Source: Planctomycetota bacterium (lineage in GTDB: Bacteria > Planctomycetota > UBA1135). From it: 64,000 nucleotides of DNA. Below are positions 48,038 through 56,136 of the stretch, one piece after another (positions within the stretch are counted from its first letter, which is position 1; the number at the start of each line of letters is the position of its first letter). The notes under the pieces were generated by a model that was not told the origin of the DNA, did not search any database, and saw only the letters and a program-made list of their open reading frames with translations. Both the position numbers and the translations under genes were made by a program. The stretch is from assembly GCA_049609225.1 (NCBI GenBank), contig JBMYYH010000001.1, positions 84,373-148,372 of the forward strand, read 5' to 3'.

Positions 48038-49138
48038 TTAGAAATCCATGTCGTCTTCGGCCTCGGCACTATCGACCAGGCCCTGCAGTTCGGACAGGAA
48101 CATATGGACGAAAGGCGTAGCATCCATGAAACCCTCCGCTTCAGGCTGCGGATGGAAATGGACGAGATTGGGGTCTTTCGGCGTTTGCAGGGTTGCGCGG
48201 TAGTTGGCTCGAAGCTGAAAATCGTAGTCCTCCTCAAGACCGTACTCCCTGCCGCGGAAGCTCCAATCGAAATCGACCGCCAGTGGAATGCCGGAATGCG
48301 CATCAAAGCTCATGGAAACGGGATTCCTTTCGATGAAGGAATGGACCATCTCCATGATGGCATCGACTTCTTCTTCGGCCTGCTCGCCCCCCATTTCCTC
48401 CGCGATGAACATTTGGACCATTGCCAGCAGGACGGAATCCTCGCCGGTATCCAAGGTGAACACGGCCTCGACGAGGTCATCCTTCTTGTGGAAGCTGCGG
48501 CAGATGAGATACGGGTTGGAAGTGTTCCAGTAGATCGTTGGGTGGAAGAACGAAACGAAATCGGGTGCGAAGTACCCGTCAGCTGCATCGAAGATCAACC
48601 TGGTGGACTCGGCTTCCGCATCTCCTTCCTCTGCCAAAGCAGAGAGGAAATCTGAACCTAAGTCGAGGTAGGTCTGATAGACCGTTTCGAGTACGTCTTG
48701 CTCCACCTCAACGCGATATCCGTTCTCCACCATCGGAAGAAAGTCTGATTGGACATAGACGGACATCTTTTTGCCATCCATAAGCAGATCGAGATCGAAT
48801 GCACCTGAACCTTCTTCTCTTGCATCCATCTTGATCCATACGGAATGCTGAAGTTCCTCGCCAGAGCGGAATCCGAGATTGCCCTCTGCGGTGAGGTCAC
48901 CCTCGACGCCGAAAATATCATCGGGGCCCTCACTCATACTGATGTAAGCCGCAACCTCATAAGTGAGGTAAAAGGGGATCACCTTACGTTCGACTGCGGC
49001 GGCACACCACTCGGTGTAGGCAGCGTGGCTCTCCGCGACTTCCTTGGAGTCGACGGCTGGAAGAGAAGGCGGGGCTTCCGACTCTTGGGCCGGTGCCATG
49101 GGCATGGCGGTGAGGAGGAGCAGGGATATGGCGAACAT
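48038..49138 (-). CDS. Secreted, very acidic hypothetical protein
   Basis: Signal MFAISLLLLTAMPMAPAQ. I recognise no family. It lies 27 nt upstream of the Lgt-like gene on the same strand. Confidence 0.5.
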   Translation of the reverse strand: MFAISLLLLTAMPMAPAQESEAPPSLPAVDSKEVAESHAAYTEWCAAAVERKVIPFYLTYEVAAYISMSEGPDDIFGVEGDLTAEGNLGFRSGEELQHSVWIKMDAREEGSGAFDLDLLMDGKKMSVYVQSDFLPMVENGYRVEVEQDVLETVYQTYLDLGSDFLSALAEEGDAEAESTRLIFDAADGYFAPDFVSFFHPTIYWNTSNPYLICRSFHKKDDLVEAVFTLDTGEDSVLLAMVQMFIAEEMGGEQAEEEVDAIMEMVHSFIERNPVSMSFDAHSGIPLAVDFDWSFRGREYGLEEDYDFQLRANYRATLQTPKDPNLVHFHPQPEAEGFMDATPFVHMFLSELQGLVDSAEAEDDMDF

Positions 49139-49286
49139 GATGAGATTCTAGAAGTCGAGGCTTTCTTGGCTACCTTATTCATCGAGGGTGTCTTCGAATA
49201 TCCTGCGGAGCAGGCGAAAACTGTTGATGAGGGCTATGGGCAGGGGTTTGGGCATGCATCACACGCCCGCTATTCTGCATCAAGGC

Positions 49287-49622
49287 ATGGCCGCTCCCCC
49301 AACACCTCCTGAACCTCGCAAGCATTCGCTCGACCGTCCTCCCGCTGGCGGCCTTACTCCAGAGAAGCGTGCGGAGTATTGGCGACGCAACCTCAGACTC
49401 GTCTTGGGGCTTTTGCTGATTTGGGCTGCGGTTTCCTTTGGCTGTGGCATTCTGCTGCACCCTTGGCTGGATCAATGGATGTTGCCGGGCAGCGGATTCC
49501 CAATCGGTTTCTGGTTCGCCCAGCAGGGATCGATCTTGGTGTTCATCGTCATCGTGTTCTTCTATGCACATCGCATGAACAAGCTCGATCGCGAGTTCGG
49601 TGCCGAGGAGGATGAAGGATGA
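49287..49622 (+). CDS. DUF4212 (small subunit of a Na/solute symporter)
   Basis: YWRRNLRLVLGLLLIWAAVSFG...FPIGFWFAQQGSILVFIVIVFFYA. It overlaps the symporter start. Confidence 0.75.
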   Translation: MAAPPTPPEPRKHSLDRPPAGGLTPEKRAEYWRRNLRLVLGLLLIWAAVSFGCGILLHPWLDQWMLPGSGFPIGFWFAQQGSILVFIVIVFFYAHRMNKLDREFGAEEDEG

Positions 49623-51319
49623 CGGTCGAGTCCTGGACCTTCGTTCTCATCGGACTATCGTTCGCGCTCTACATCGGCATCGCCATCTGGAGTCGGGCGG
49701 GTAATACGAAAGAGTTCTATGTCGCTGGCGGTGGTGTTTCGCCGATGGCGAACGGATTGGCAACGGCTGCCGACTGGATGAGCGCTGCATCCTTCATTTC
49801 GATGGCCGGTGCGATCTCGTTCCTGGGCTACGATGGCTCGGTTTACCTCATGGGTTGGACTGGCGGCTATGTGCTCCTGGCGCTGCTGCTGGCCCCCTAC
49901 CTGCGCAAGTTCGGCAAATTCACCATCCCGGATTTCGTCGGTGATCGTTACGAATCCTCCACCGCACGACTGGTCGCGGTGATTTGCGCGATCTTCGTTT
50001 CGTTCACGTATGTGAGCGGGCAGATGCAGGGCGTCGGCATCGTGTTATCGCGTTTCCTTGAAGTCGGCACAACTACCGGAGTGCTTATCGGCATGGGCAT
50101 CGTGTTCTTCTACGCGGTACTCGGCGGCATGAAGGGCATCACCTATACGCAGGTGGCGCAGTACTGCGTCTTGATCTTCGCCTACATGGTGCCGGCGATC
50201 TTCCTATCCATTCAGTTGGTCGGCACGCCCATTCCACAACTCGGTCTAGGCAGCGCCCTCGCCGACGGCACTCCACTACTCGAGAAACTCAACGGACTGC
50301 ACGCCGATCTTGGGTTCGCTTCCTACACCCACGGCTCCCGCGCCATGGTGGATGTGCTGTTCATCACGGCTGCCTTGATGGTGGGCACTGCAGGATTGCC
50401 GCATGTGATCGTGCGCTTCTACACGGTCCCCAAAGTGCGCGATGCCCGAAAGAGTGTGGGCTGGGCCTTGGTCTTCATCGCACTGCTCTACACCACGGCT
50501 CCGGCACTTGCTGCCTTCGCACGCACGAACCTGCTGCAGACGGTGAGTGATCAGCCTTATGCAGAGATGCCCGAGTGGTTCAGCAAGTGGGAAGCGACCG
50601 GGCTGGTCGGCTTTGAGGATCACAATGGGGATGGGCTGATTCAATACGTCGGCCCCGATGCGACGATGGCGAATGAGCTGACGGTGCACAAGGACATCAT
50701 GGTCTTGGCCAATCCCGAGATTGCTGGCTTGCCGGATTGGGTCGTGGGCTTGGTTGCTGCAGGTGGATTGGCTGCGGCCTTGTCGACGGCGGCAGGATTG
50801 TTGCTCGTGGTCTCGACGGCAGTCAGCCATGATCTGTTGAAGCGCACCTTCAAGCCGAACATCTCCGAGAAGGGTGAATTACGAGCGGCAAGGATCAGCG
50901 CGGGCGTTGCGGTCTGCATCGCCGGATATTTCGGCATCAACCCACCGGGCTTTGTAGCAGAGGTGGTGGCATTCGCATTCGGATTGGCGGCTTCGTCGTT
51001 CTTCCCGGTGCTGCTCATGGGCATCTTCTCCAAACGCATGAATCGCGCCGGTGCGATCTCGGGCATGGTCTGCGGCATTGGATTCACTGCCGGATACATC
51101 CTTTGGTTCAAGTTCCTGCATCCGGAGATGTCGACGCCAGAGAATTGGTGGTTCGGGATTTCACCCGAGGGCATCGGTTCGCTCGGCATGCTGCTCAACT
51201 TCCTGGTGGCGGGAGTGGTGCACAAGTTGGCGCCGCCGCCGTCGCCCGCGATCCAACAGTTGGTCGAAGACATTCGTGTGCCTAAGGGATCCGGCCCGGC
51301 GCACGAAATCGAGGCGTGA
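49619..51319 (+). CDS. Sodium:solute symporter family permease (VC_2705/ActP-like)
   Basis: 566 aa with about 13 TM helices. Contains EFYVAGGGVSPMANGLATAADWMSAASFISMAG. Confidence 0.85.
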   Translation: MTVESWTFVLIGLSFALYIGIAIWSRAGNTKEFYVAGGGVSPMANGLATAADWMSAASFISMAGAISFLGYDGSVYLMGWTGGYVLLALLLAPYLRKFGKFTIPDFVGDRYESSTARLVAVICAIFVSFTYVSGQMQGVGIVLSRFLEVGTTTGVLIGMGIVFFYAVLGGMKGITYTQVAQYCVLIFAYMVPAIFLSIQLVGTPIPQLGLGSALADGTPLLEKLNGLHADLGFASYTHGSRAMVDVLFITAALMVGTAGLPHVIVRFYTVPKVRDARKSVGWALVFIALLYTTAPALAAFARTNLLQTVSDQPYAEMPEWFSKWEATGLVGFEDHNGDGLIQYVGPDATMANELTVHKDIMVLANPEIAGLPDWVVGLVAAGGLAAALSTAAGLLLVVSTAVSHDLLKRTFKPNISEKGELRAARISAGVAVCIAGYFGINPPGFVAEVVAFAFGLAASSFFPVLLMGIFSKRMNRAGAISGMVCGIGFTAGYILWFKFLHPEMSTPENWWFGISPEGIGSLGMLLNFLVAGVVHKLAPPPSPAIQQLVEDIRVPKGSGPAHEIEA

Positions 51320-51409
51320 TGCTTTCAGGCGTGCCCAGACAGGGTGCGAAGGTAGATGGAGTAAGTTGTGTTAGGTTCCAGGACCCTAAGACTCTGACCC
51401 GGATACCCC

Positions 51410-52708
51410 ATGTCCCCCCGCATCCTGCTCCCTAGCCTCGCCCTCCTCCTGTTCACCCATGCCGCCGATGCGCAAGAGCGCAACCGATGCGGCACCCAGG
51501 ATCGCGCTCCCCTGCAATCCGGTGTGACCGTCGCGCCAAGCGATTGCGGTTACTGGACCAACACGCCGCAGCCGGAGTACGAGCCGACGTTCTTCTATGA
51601 CATCCCTGTGGTCTTTCATGTCATCCAGAATTCGTCGGGCACCGGTTATCTGGATGCTGCGACGATCCAGGAACAGATCGATGTCTTGAATGAGGATTTC
51701 CAGGCGATTCCAGGCTCTCTTGGAGCGCCAGGTAATAACGGCATGATTCGGTTCCACTTGGCGACCAGTGATCCGTCCGGCGCCCCGACGTCGGGCATTA
51801 CCTATACGACCAACAACAGTTGGTTCCAGGATTCCGGCAACTACTGGAACACTTTGGCTTGGGATACGAACCGTTACCTCAACATCTACACCAATGCCTT
51901 GCCATGCTGCTACGGCTATGTCGCGGACTTCCCGCAGACGGGTATCGTCGGCACCACGGAGGACCGCGTGGTGTTGTGGTACGACGCCGTCGGCCGTGAT
52001 GGCACGCCTGGATGGCCGGCGAACCGCGGACGTACGGCTTCACACGAGGTGGGACATTACCTCGGGCTTTATCACACCTTTGATTCAGGCTGCGGTTCTT
52101 CCAGCAACTGTTACGGCACCGGCGATCTCATCTGCGACACCAACGGGGAAGCCAACCCCACCAACGGATGCCCAAGCTCCAAGAGTTCCTGCGGTAGCCC
52201 GGATCCGATCCACAACTACATGGATTACTCCAGTGATGATTGCATGTGGGAGTTCACGCCGGAACAAGTGAATCGCATGCGCTGCATCATGGTGCATTGG
52301 CGCCCGAATCTCGGTGCGGCATTCCCGGCATTGGAGACCGTCCGCCTTGGTTCACCGGCGAACCCGCAAGCCTTGCTGCCTGGGCAGACTGGTCCACCAC
52401 AAGCTGGTCTATCTTGGGAACCGCGCGTGGATCATGCGACTTTCCTGCCGACGGCGACCACTGATGTACTCGCGATCTCCTTCAACCAAGTGAATCTCAC
52501 GGCGGCCGGCGTGCAAGGTATTTTGCTCTGTGCTCGCCCCTTCTACGCGACCTTCTGGAATACGAATCCAGGCAGTGCCTTCAGCATCCCGATTCCAGCA
52601 AGCTACCCAACCCTTGGCATGCAGTTCAGTGCGCAGGCGGCATCGCTTGATGGCGGTGGCGTGTGGCACCTGACCAATGCCTTGGATTGCACAGTCGGCA
52701 ATCAGTAG
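51410..52708 (+). CDS. Secreted M43 (pappalysin/ulilysin-like) zinc metalloprotease
   Basis: Signal peptide, ASHEVGHYLGLYHTF (HExxHxxGxxH) and a downstream Cys-rich segment. Confidence 0.8.
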   Translation: MSPRILLPSLALLLFTHAADAQERNRCGTQDRAPLQSGVTVAPSDCGYWTNTPQPEYEPTFFYDIPVVFHVIQNSSGTGYLDAATIQEQIDVLNEDFQAIPGSLGAPGNNGMIRFHLATSDPSGAPTSGITYTTNNSWFQDSGNYWNTLAWDTNRYLNIYTNALPCCYGYVADFPQTGIVGTTEDRVVLWYDAVGRDGTPGWPANRGRTASHEVGHYLGLYHTFDSGCGSSSNCYGTGDLICDTNGEANPTNGCPSSKSSCGSPDPIHNYMDYSSDDCMWEFTPEQVNRMRCIMVHWRPNLGAAFPALETVRLGSPANPQALLPGQTGPPQAGLSWEPRVDHATFLPTATTDVLAISFNQVNLTAAGVQGILLCARPFYATFWNTNPGSAFSIPIPASYPTLGMQFSAQAASLDGGGVWHLTNALDCTVGNQ

Positions 52709-52804
52709 GTCGCCTAATCCCTTGTCCTAAAGGAGGTTGGGGCTTCCGCTAGCTTGCCTGGTAATTAGGCTTGACATTTTTGGTTCGGAGTCCAAACTAT
52801 CCCC

Positions 52805-53467
52805 ATGGCGACGGACTCTTCAGACCCCTCTAGCACTCAGATTGCTGCTGGCCTGTTCAAGCTTGCATTGGCCTTACGCCACTTGTCATGGCAAAGTTCG
52901 GGAAGTCGCGGCCTCACTCCCACGCAGTCCCAGATCCTCACATTGATGACAACGCTTGGCCCAGGGACCTCAGTCTCTAAGGTGGCGCAACACTTGGCGA
53001 TCACGAAGGGAACAGCAAGCGAATCCATTTCCACGCTGGAGCGAAAGAAACTCCTTTCCAAGGTGCCCAATCCGGAAGACGGCCGAAAGGTCATGCTCCA
53101 GCTCTCCAGGAAAGGCCGCCGAGAAGCCCAACTATCGATGCAATGGCCTGAAGTCATCGTAGGTTCTGTAGAGGAGTTGCCACAAGAAGAGCAGTCCGGG
53201 TTATTGCGCGGACTGATTGGATTGATCATGAACATGCAGGAGAAGGGAGCTATTCCCACATCACGCATGTGCACCGAATGTCGCTTCTTTCAACCGAACC
53301 GTTATCAAGGCAAGGATCGCCCCCATCACTGCAAATTTCTTGACTCGCCAATCGCGAATGTCGACCTGCGGATTGATTGCGCAGAAATGGAGCCAGCAGC
53401 GGCCGACGCAAGGCCGCACCTTTTGGAGGCATTCCTCACCGGCATGCCCATGAGTCAAGACTCCTAA
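52805..53467 (+). CDS. MarR family regulator with a Cys/His-rich C-terminal extension
   Basis: LTPTQSQILTLM...VSKVAQHLAITKGTASESISTLERKKLL...DGRKV, followed by CTECRFFQPN...HHCKF...IDC. Confidence 0.75.
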   Translation: MATDSSDPSSTQIAAGLFKLALALRHLSWQSSGSRGLTPTQSQILTLMTTLGPGTSVSKVAQHLAITKGTASESISTLERKKLLSKVPNPEDGRKVMLQLSRKGRREAQLSMQWPEVIVGSVEELPQEEQSGLLRGLIGLIMNMQEKGAIPTSRMCTECRFFQPNRYQGKDRPHHCKFLDSPIANVDLRIDCAEMEPAAADARPHLLEAFLTGMPMSQDS

Positions 53468-53471
53468 AAAA

Positions 53472-54131
53472 ATGTACTTCACAATCTCCATTCCCAGACT
53501 CTCCCCTCGTCTACTTTCGAAGCTGGCTGGCCTGGCTGTCTTCCTTCCCCTTGTAACCAGCTGCGCAGCTCCAGCGGCCGACCACGGCTTCCGCCCCATC
53601 TCTGTTGACGAATTCTCTGATCTAAAAAAGTCATTGCTCTTCACTGAGGAGGATGTTCATTACCTGAGAATGTCATATGAGGTTCTTGAACCCCAAGTGG
53701 AGGATCTGCTCGATGTCTGGTACGGCTTCGTAGGCTCCAATCCACATTTGCTTTACTATTTTTCGCACCCGACCTCAGGCGAACCAAACATGCACTACTT
53801 GGCGGAAGTGCGGAAGCGCTTTCGCGTTTGGGTCCTGACAACTGCTGAAGCCGATTTCGACCAAGAATGGCTTCATCGTCAACTTGAAATCGGATTGCGC
53901 CATCACCGTATCAACAAGAACAAGACAGATGGCATTCAAGCGGTGGACCACATCCCCTTCCGTCATCTTGTAGCCCTTCACTATCCGATTACCACCACGC
54001 TCAAGCCATTCCTTGCCATTGGCGGCCACAGCCAATCGGAGATTGACGGCATGTTTGAAGCATGGCGCAAGGCCGTGCTCCTCACGACCATCCTCTGGAG
54101 TCAGCCTTACATGGCTAAAGAGGATTTCTAA
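53472..54131 (+). CDS. Protoglobin-like (globin-coupled-sensor-type globin) protein with a lipoprotein-type signal
   Basis: LPLVTSC lipobox, then FTEEDVHYLRMSYEVLEPQVEDLLDVWYGFVGSNPHLLYYF...EIGLRHH. The family call is from memory of PF11563-like sequences. Confidence 0.55.
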   Translation: MYFTISIPRLSPRLLSKLAGLAVFLPLVTSCAAPAADHGFRPISVDEFSDLKKSLLFTEEDVHYLRMSYEVLEPQVEDLLDVWYGFVGSNPHLLYYFSHPTSGEPNMHYLAEVRKRFRVWVLTTAEADFDQEWLHRQLEIGLRHHRINKNKTDGIQAVDHIPFRHLVALHYPITTTLKPFLAIGGHSQSEIDGMFEAWRKAVLLTTILWSQPYMAKEDF

Positions 54132-54157
54132 CCACCATCATTCCCTCAGAAAACGAA

Positions 54158-54397
54158 ATGAATCAAAAAGCCACCTTTTACCACGCCGGTTGCCCCGTTT
54201 GTGTCGATGCGGAACGCTCCGTTGCCGATTCCATTGATCGCGGTCGGTTCGACCTCGAAATCGTACACCTTGGCGAAGACGCGTCTAGACTTCCAGAAGC
54301 GGAAGCTGCCGGCGTAAAGTCGGTTCCCGCTTTGGTGCTCGACGGGTCGCCATTCCACATCAATCACGGAGCCGACTTGGCCGACCTTAAGGCTTAA
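54158..54397 (+). CDS. Small thioredoxin/glutaredoxin-fold protein (CPVC)
   Basis: 79 aa. Contains ATFYHAGCPVCVD...VPALVLDG. Confidence 0.6.
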   Translation: MNQKATFYHAGCPVCVDAERSVADSIDRGRFDLEIVHLGEDASRLPEAEAAGVKSVPALVLDGSPFHINHGADLADLKA

Positions 54398-54466
54398 ACA
54401 CTCCCTGGAAACCAAACAGGGGAAGAGGCAAGCAAAAGGATGGCCTCAGAACCTGGCTCTTGGCAG

Positions 54467-54499
54467 GGGGAGGTGAGCAGCAGCTCATCTCTCCCTTTT
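54467..54499 (+). terminator. Rho-independent terminator after the Trx-like gene
   Basis: GGGAG-G-TGAGC AGCA GCTCA-TCT-CTCCC followed by TTTTT (54495-54499). Confidence 0.55.
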
Positions 54500-54509
54500 T
54501 CTGCTCCAA

Positions 54510-56129
54510 TCATCTCAATTGATTATCCCAGAAGGTCTTCGGGCAGTTGGGACAACAAAACCCGATCACGTTGCCTTCGTGGATTATGCTGTAGCGAGGA
54601 TCGACAGGTTTGTTGGAGACAGGGCAGAGGGTGTTCTGCGGCTGCAGAAAATTGGTTTCTGCAGATGCCGGCGGTGCGTCGATCAAGGGCGCATCGCTGG
54701 TGAAGACGAGGTCAGGTTCAACCTCTAGGGGTGTATTTTCAAAAGAATCGCCTGCGACAAGGAGGACGTTGGGGATAGCCGTGCGGAGAGATGCAATCTG
54801 TTCCGGGGTGAAGCCAGACTCCCAAAGCCAAAGATGCGTGAGGCTTGGAAGCTCCTGTAGAAGTGGGGTGGATTCGGCGCTCACTTGAGTGCGGCTCAAA
54901 TTCAGTTGCTGCAAACTTGGGTGCTGCGCGAGATGGCCGAGGCCAGCATCGGTGATGGAAGTGCTCGCGAGATCCAAGTGCGTGAGTGCAGGCAGAGTTG
55001 CAATCCACTCCAGGCTGGCATCGGTGATGGCGGAGCGGGAAAGGGAGAGTTCCGCGATGTGAGCGTGAAGCGGCGAAAGCAGGGCGAGGACTAAATCGTC
55101 TTCCGCTTGGTCTGCGATGGCGGCGAAGTCAATCCAGAGTTCGGGCGAACCGGGTTCGATGGGCTGCACATGGACGAGTGCGGTATGAAGTGTGGCGAGC
55201 GCGGCTTGATAGGCGGGATCGTCGGTAGGATTCTGCGCGGAGGCCAAATCTTGGGAGGAAGGATCCTCGATTTGGTCTTGGTCCTTGCCTTGGTCCTTGT
55301 CTTGAGTGGGCGCATCGGGGAGGTGCGCTTCTTCTCCTAAGGCAAAGCCCTGCTCAAAGGGTGCTCCAGCCTCGACCCAAAGGCGTAGCAAGTCGATCTC
55401 TGCATCGAGCAACTGCGTCTTCGATTCCGGCGGCATGTGGTCATCATGCTCCAAGGGGAGCCGCAGCCGACGGTAGATCTCTGCATCCTCGGCAGGCGAA
55501 GCAAGAATGGCACCGCCTTCTCCACCGGCAAGAATGTGCTCCGGAGTGTCGAGCCGCAACTCGCCTTTGACCTTGCGCGAGCCATGACATTTGGTGCAAC
55601 GGGCGGCGAGCAAGGGCGCGATGTGCTCCTCATAGTTCGCCATGAGCGGACCATCGCTCGTATCGGTGGTAAAGGGATCGGTGATAGAGTGATCCCCCGC
55701 GACTTCCTCCTGCAGTGGCTCGAACAGGAATCCCTTGCCATGGGTCATCTCGGCACCGAGGTGTCCAGTAGGCAGCAACAACAAACAGGCAAGCGCCAAG
55801 GCCCAGCGTGCCTGGTTCACCTTGCCGCGATAACGGAAGACACAGGCTGCAATGGCGACGGCCATGGTGCCGATACCCACCCACTCATGCCTTTCCATGG
55901 TGATACTACTCGCGAACCCATCCTCTTCATGCAGACGCCAACCGCTTGCCGCGGCGATGAATGCGGTGATGGCGGCGAGTAGATACCAACCGCGCGCTGC
56001 TGGACCACCGCGTTTGCGTGCGGCGAGAAACTCCATCACTCCCAAACCCATGAGCAGGCCAATGGGAAGATGCAGCACCATCGGGTGCATGCGTCCGAAG
56101 ACGGCCAGGATGTCCGCGAAGTTTTCCAT
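54510..56129 (-). CDS. Membrane protein combining an N-terminal polytopic domain, a PSCyt1 cytochrome c motif, leucine-rich repeats and a C-terminal YHS/TRASH-like Cys motif
   Basis: HPMVLHLPIGLL TM region, CTKCHGSRKVKGELRLD, LRR units (LTHLDLASTSITDAGLGHL...LQQLNLSRTQV) and the C-terminal CPVSNKPVD...GFCCPNCPKTF. Confidence 0.7.
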   Translation of the reverse strand: MENFADILAVFGRMHPMVLHLPIGLLMGLGVMEFLAARKRGGPAARGWYLLAAITAFIAAASGWRLHEEDGFASSITMERHEWVGIGTMAVAIAACVFRYRGKVNQARWALALACLLLLPTGHLGAEMTHGKGFLFEPLQEEVAGDHSITDPFTTDTSDGPLMANYEEHIAPLLAARCTKCHGSRKVKGELRLDTPEHILAGGEGGAILASPAEDAEIYRRLRLPLEHDDHMPPESKTQLLDAEIDLLRLWVEAGAPFEQGFALGEEAHLPDAPTQDKDQGKDQDQIEDPSSQDLASAQNPTDDPAYQAALATLHTALVHVQPIEPGSPELWIDFAAIADQAEDDLVLALLSPLHAHIAELSLSRSAITDASLEWIATLPALTHLDLASTSITDAGLGHLAQHPSLQQLNLSRTQVSAESTPLLQELPSLTHLWLWESGFTPEQIASLRTAIPNVLLVAGDSFENTPLEVEPDLVFTSDAPLIDAPPASAETNFLQPQNTLCPVSNKPVDPRYSIIHEGNVIGFCCPNCPKTFWDNQLR

Positions 56130-56136
56130 CTAGCGT

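Noticed and set aside
55241-55310. Short tandem-like repeats (CTTGGTCCTTG twice and variants), which could be mistaken for a repeat array
   Set aside because: They lie inside the coding frame of 54510-56129. They encode a low-complexity D/Q/K-rich linker (QDKDQGKDQDQIEDP). They have no spacer/repeat architecture.
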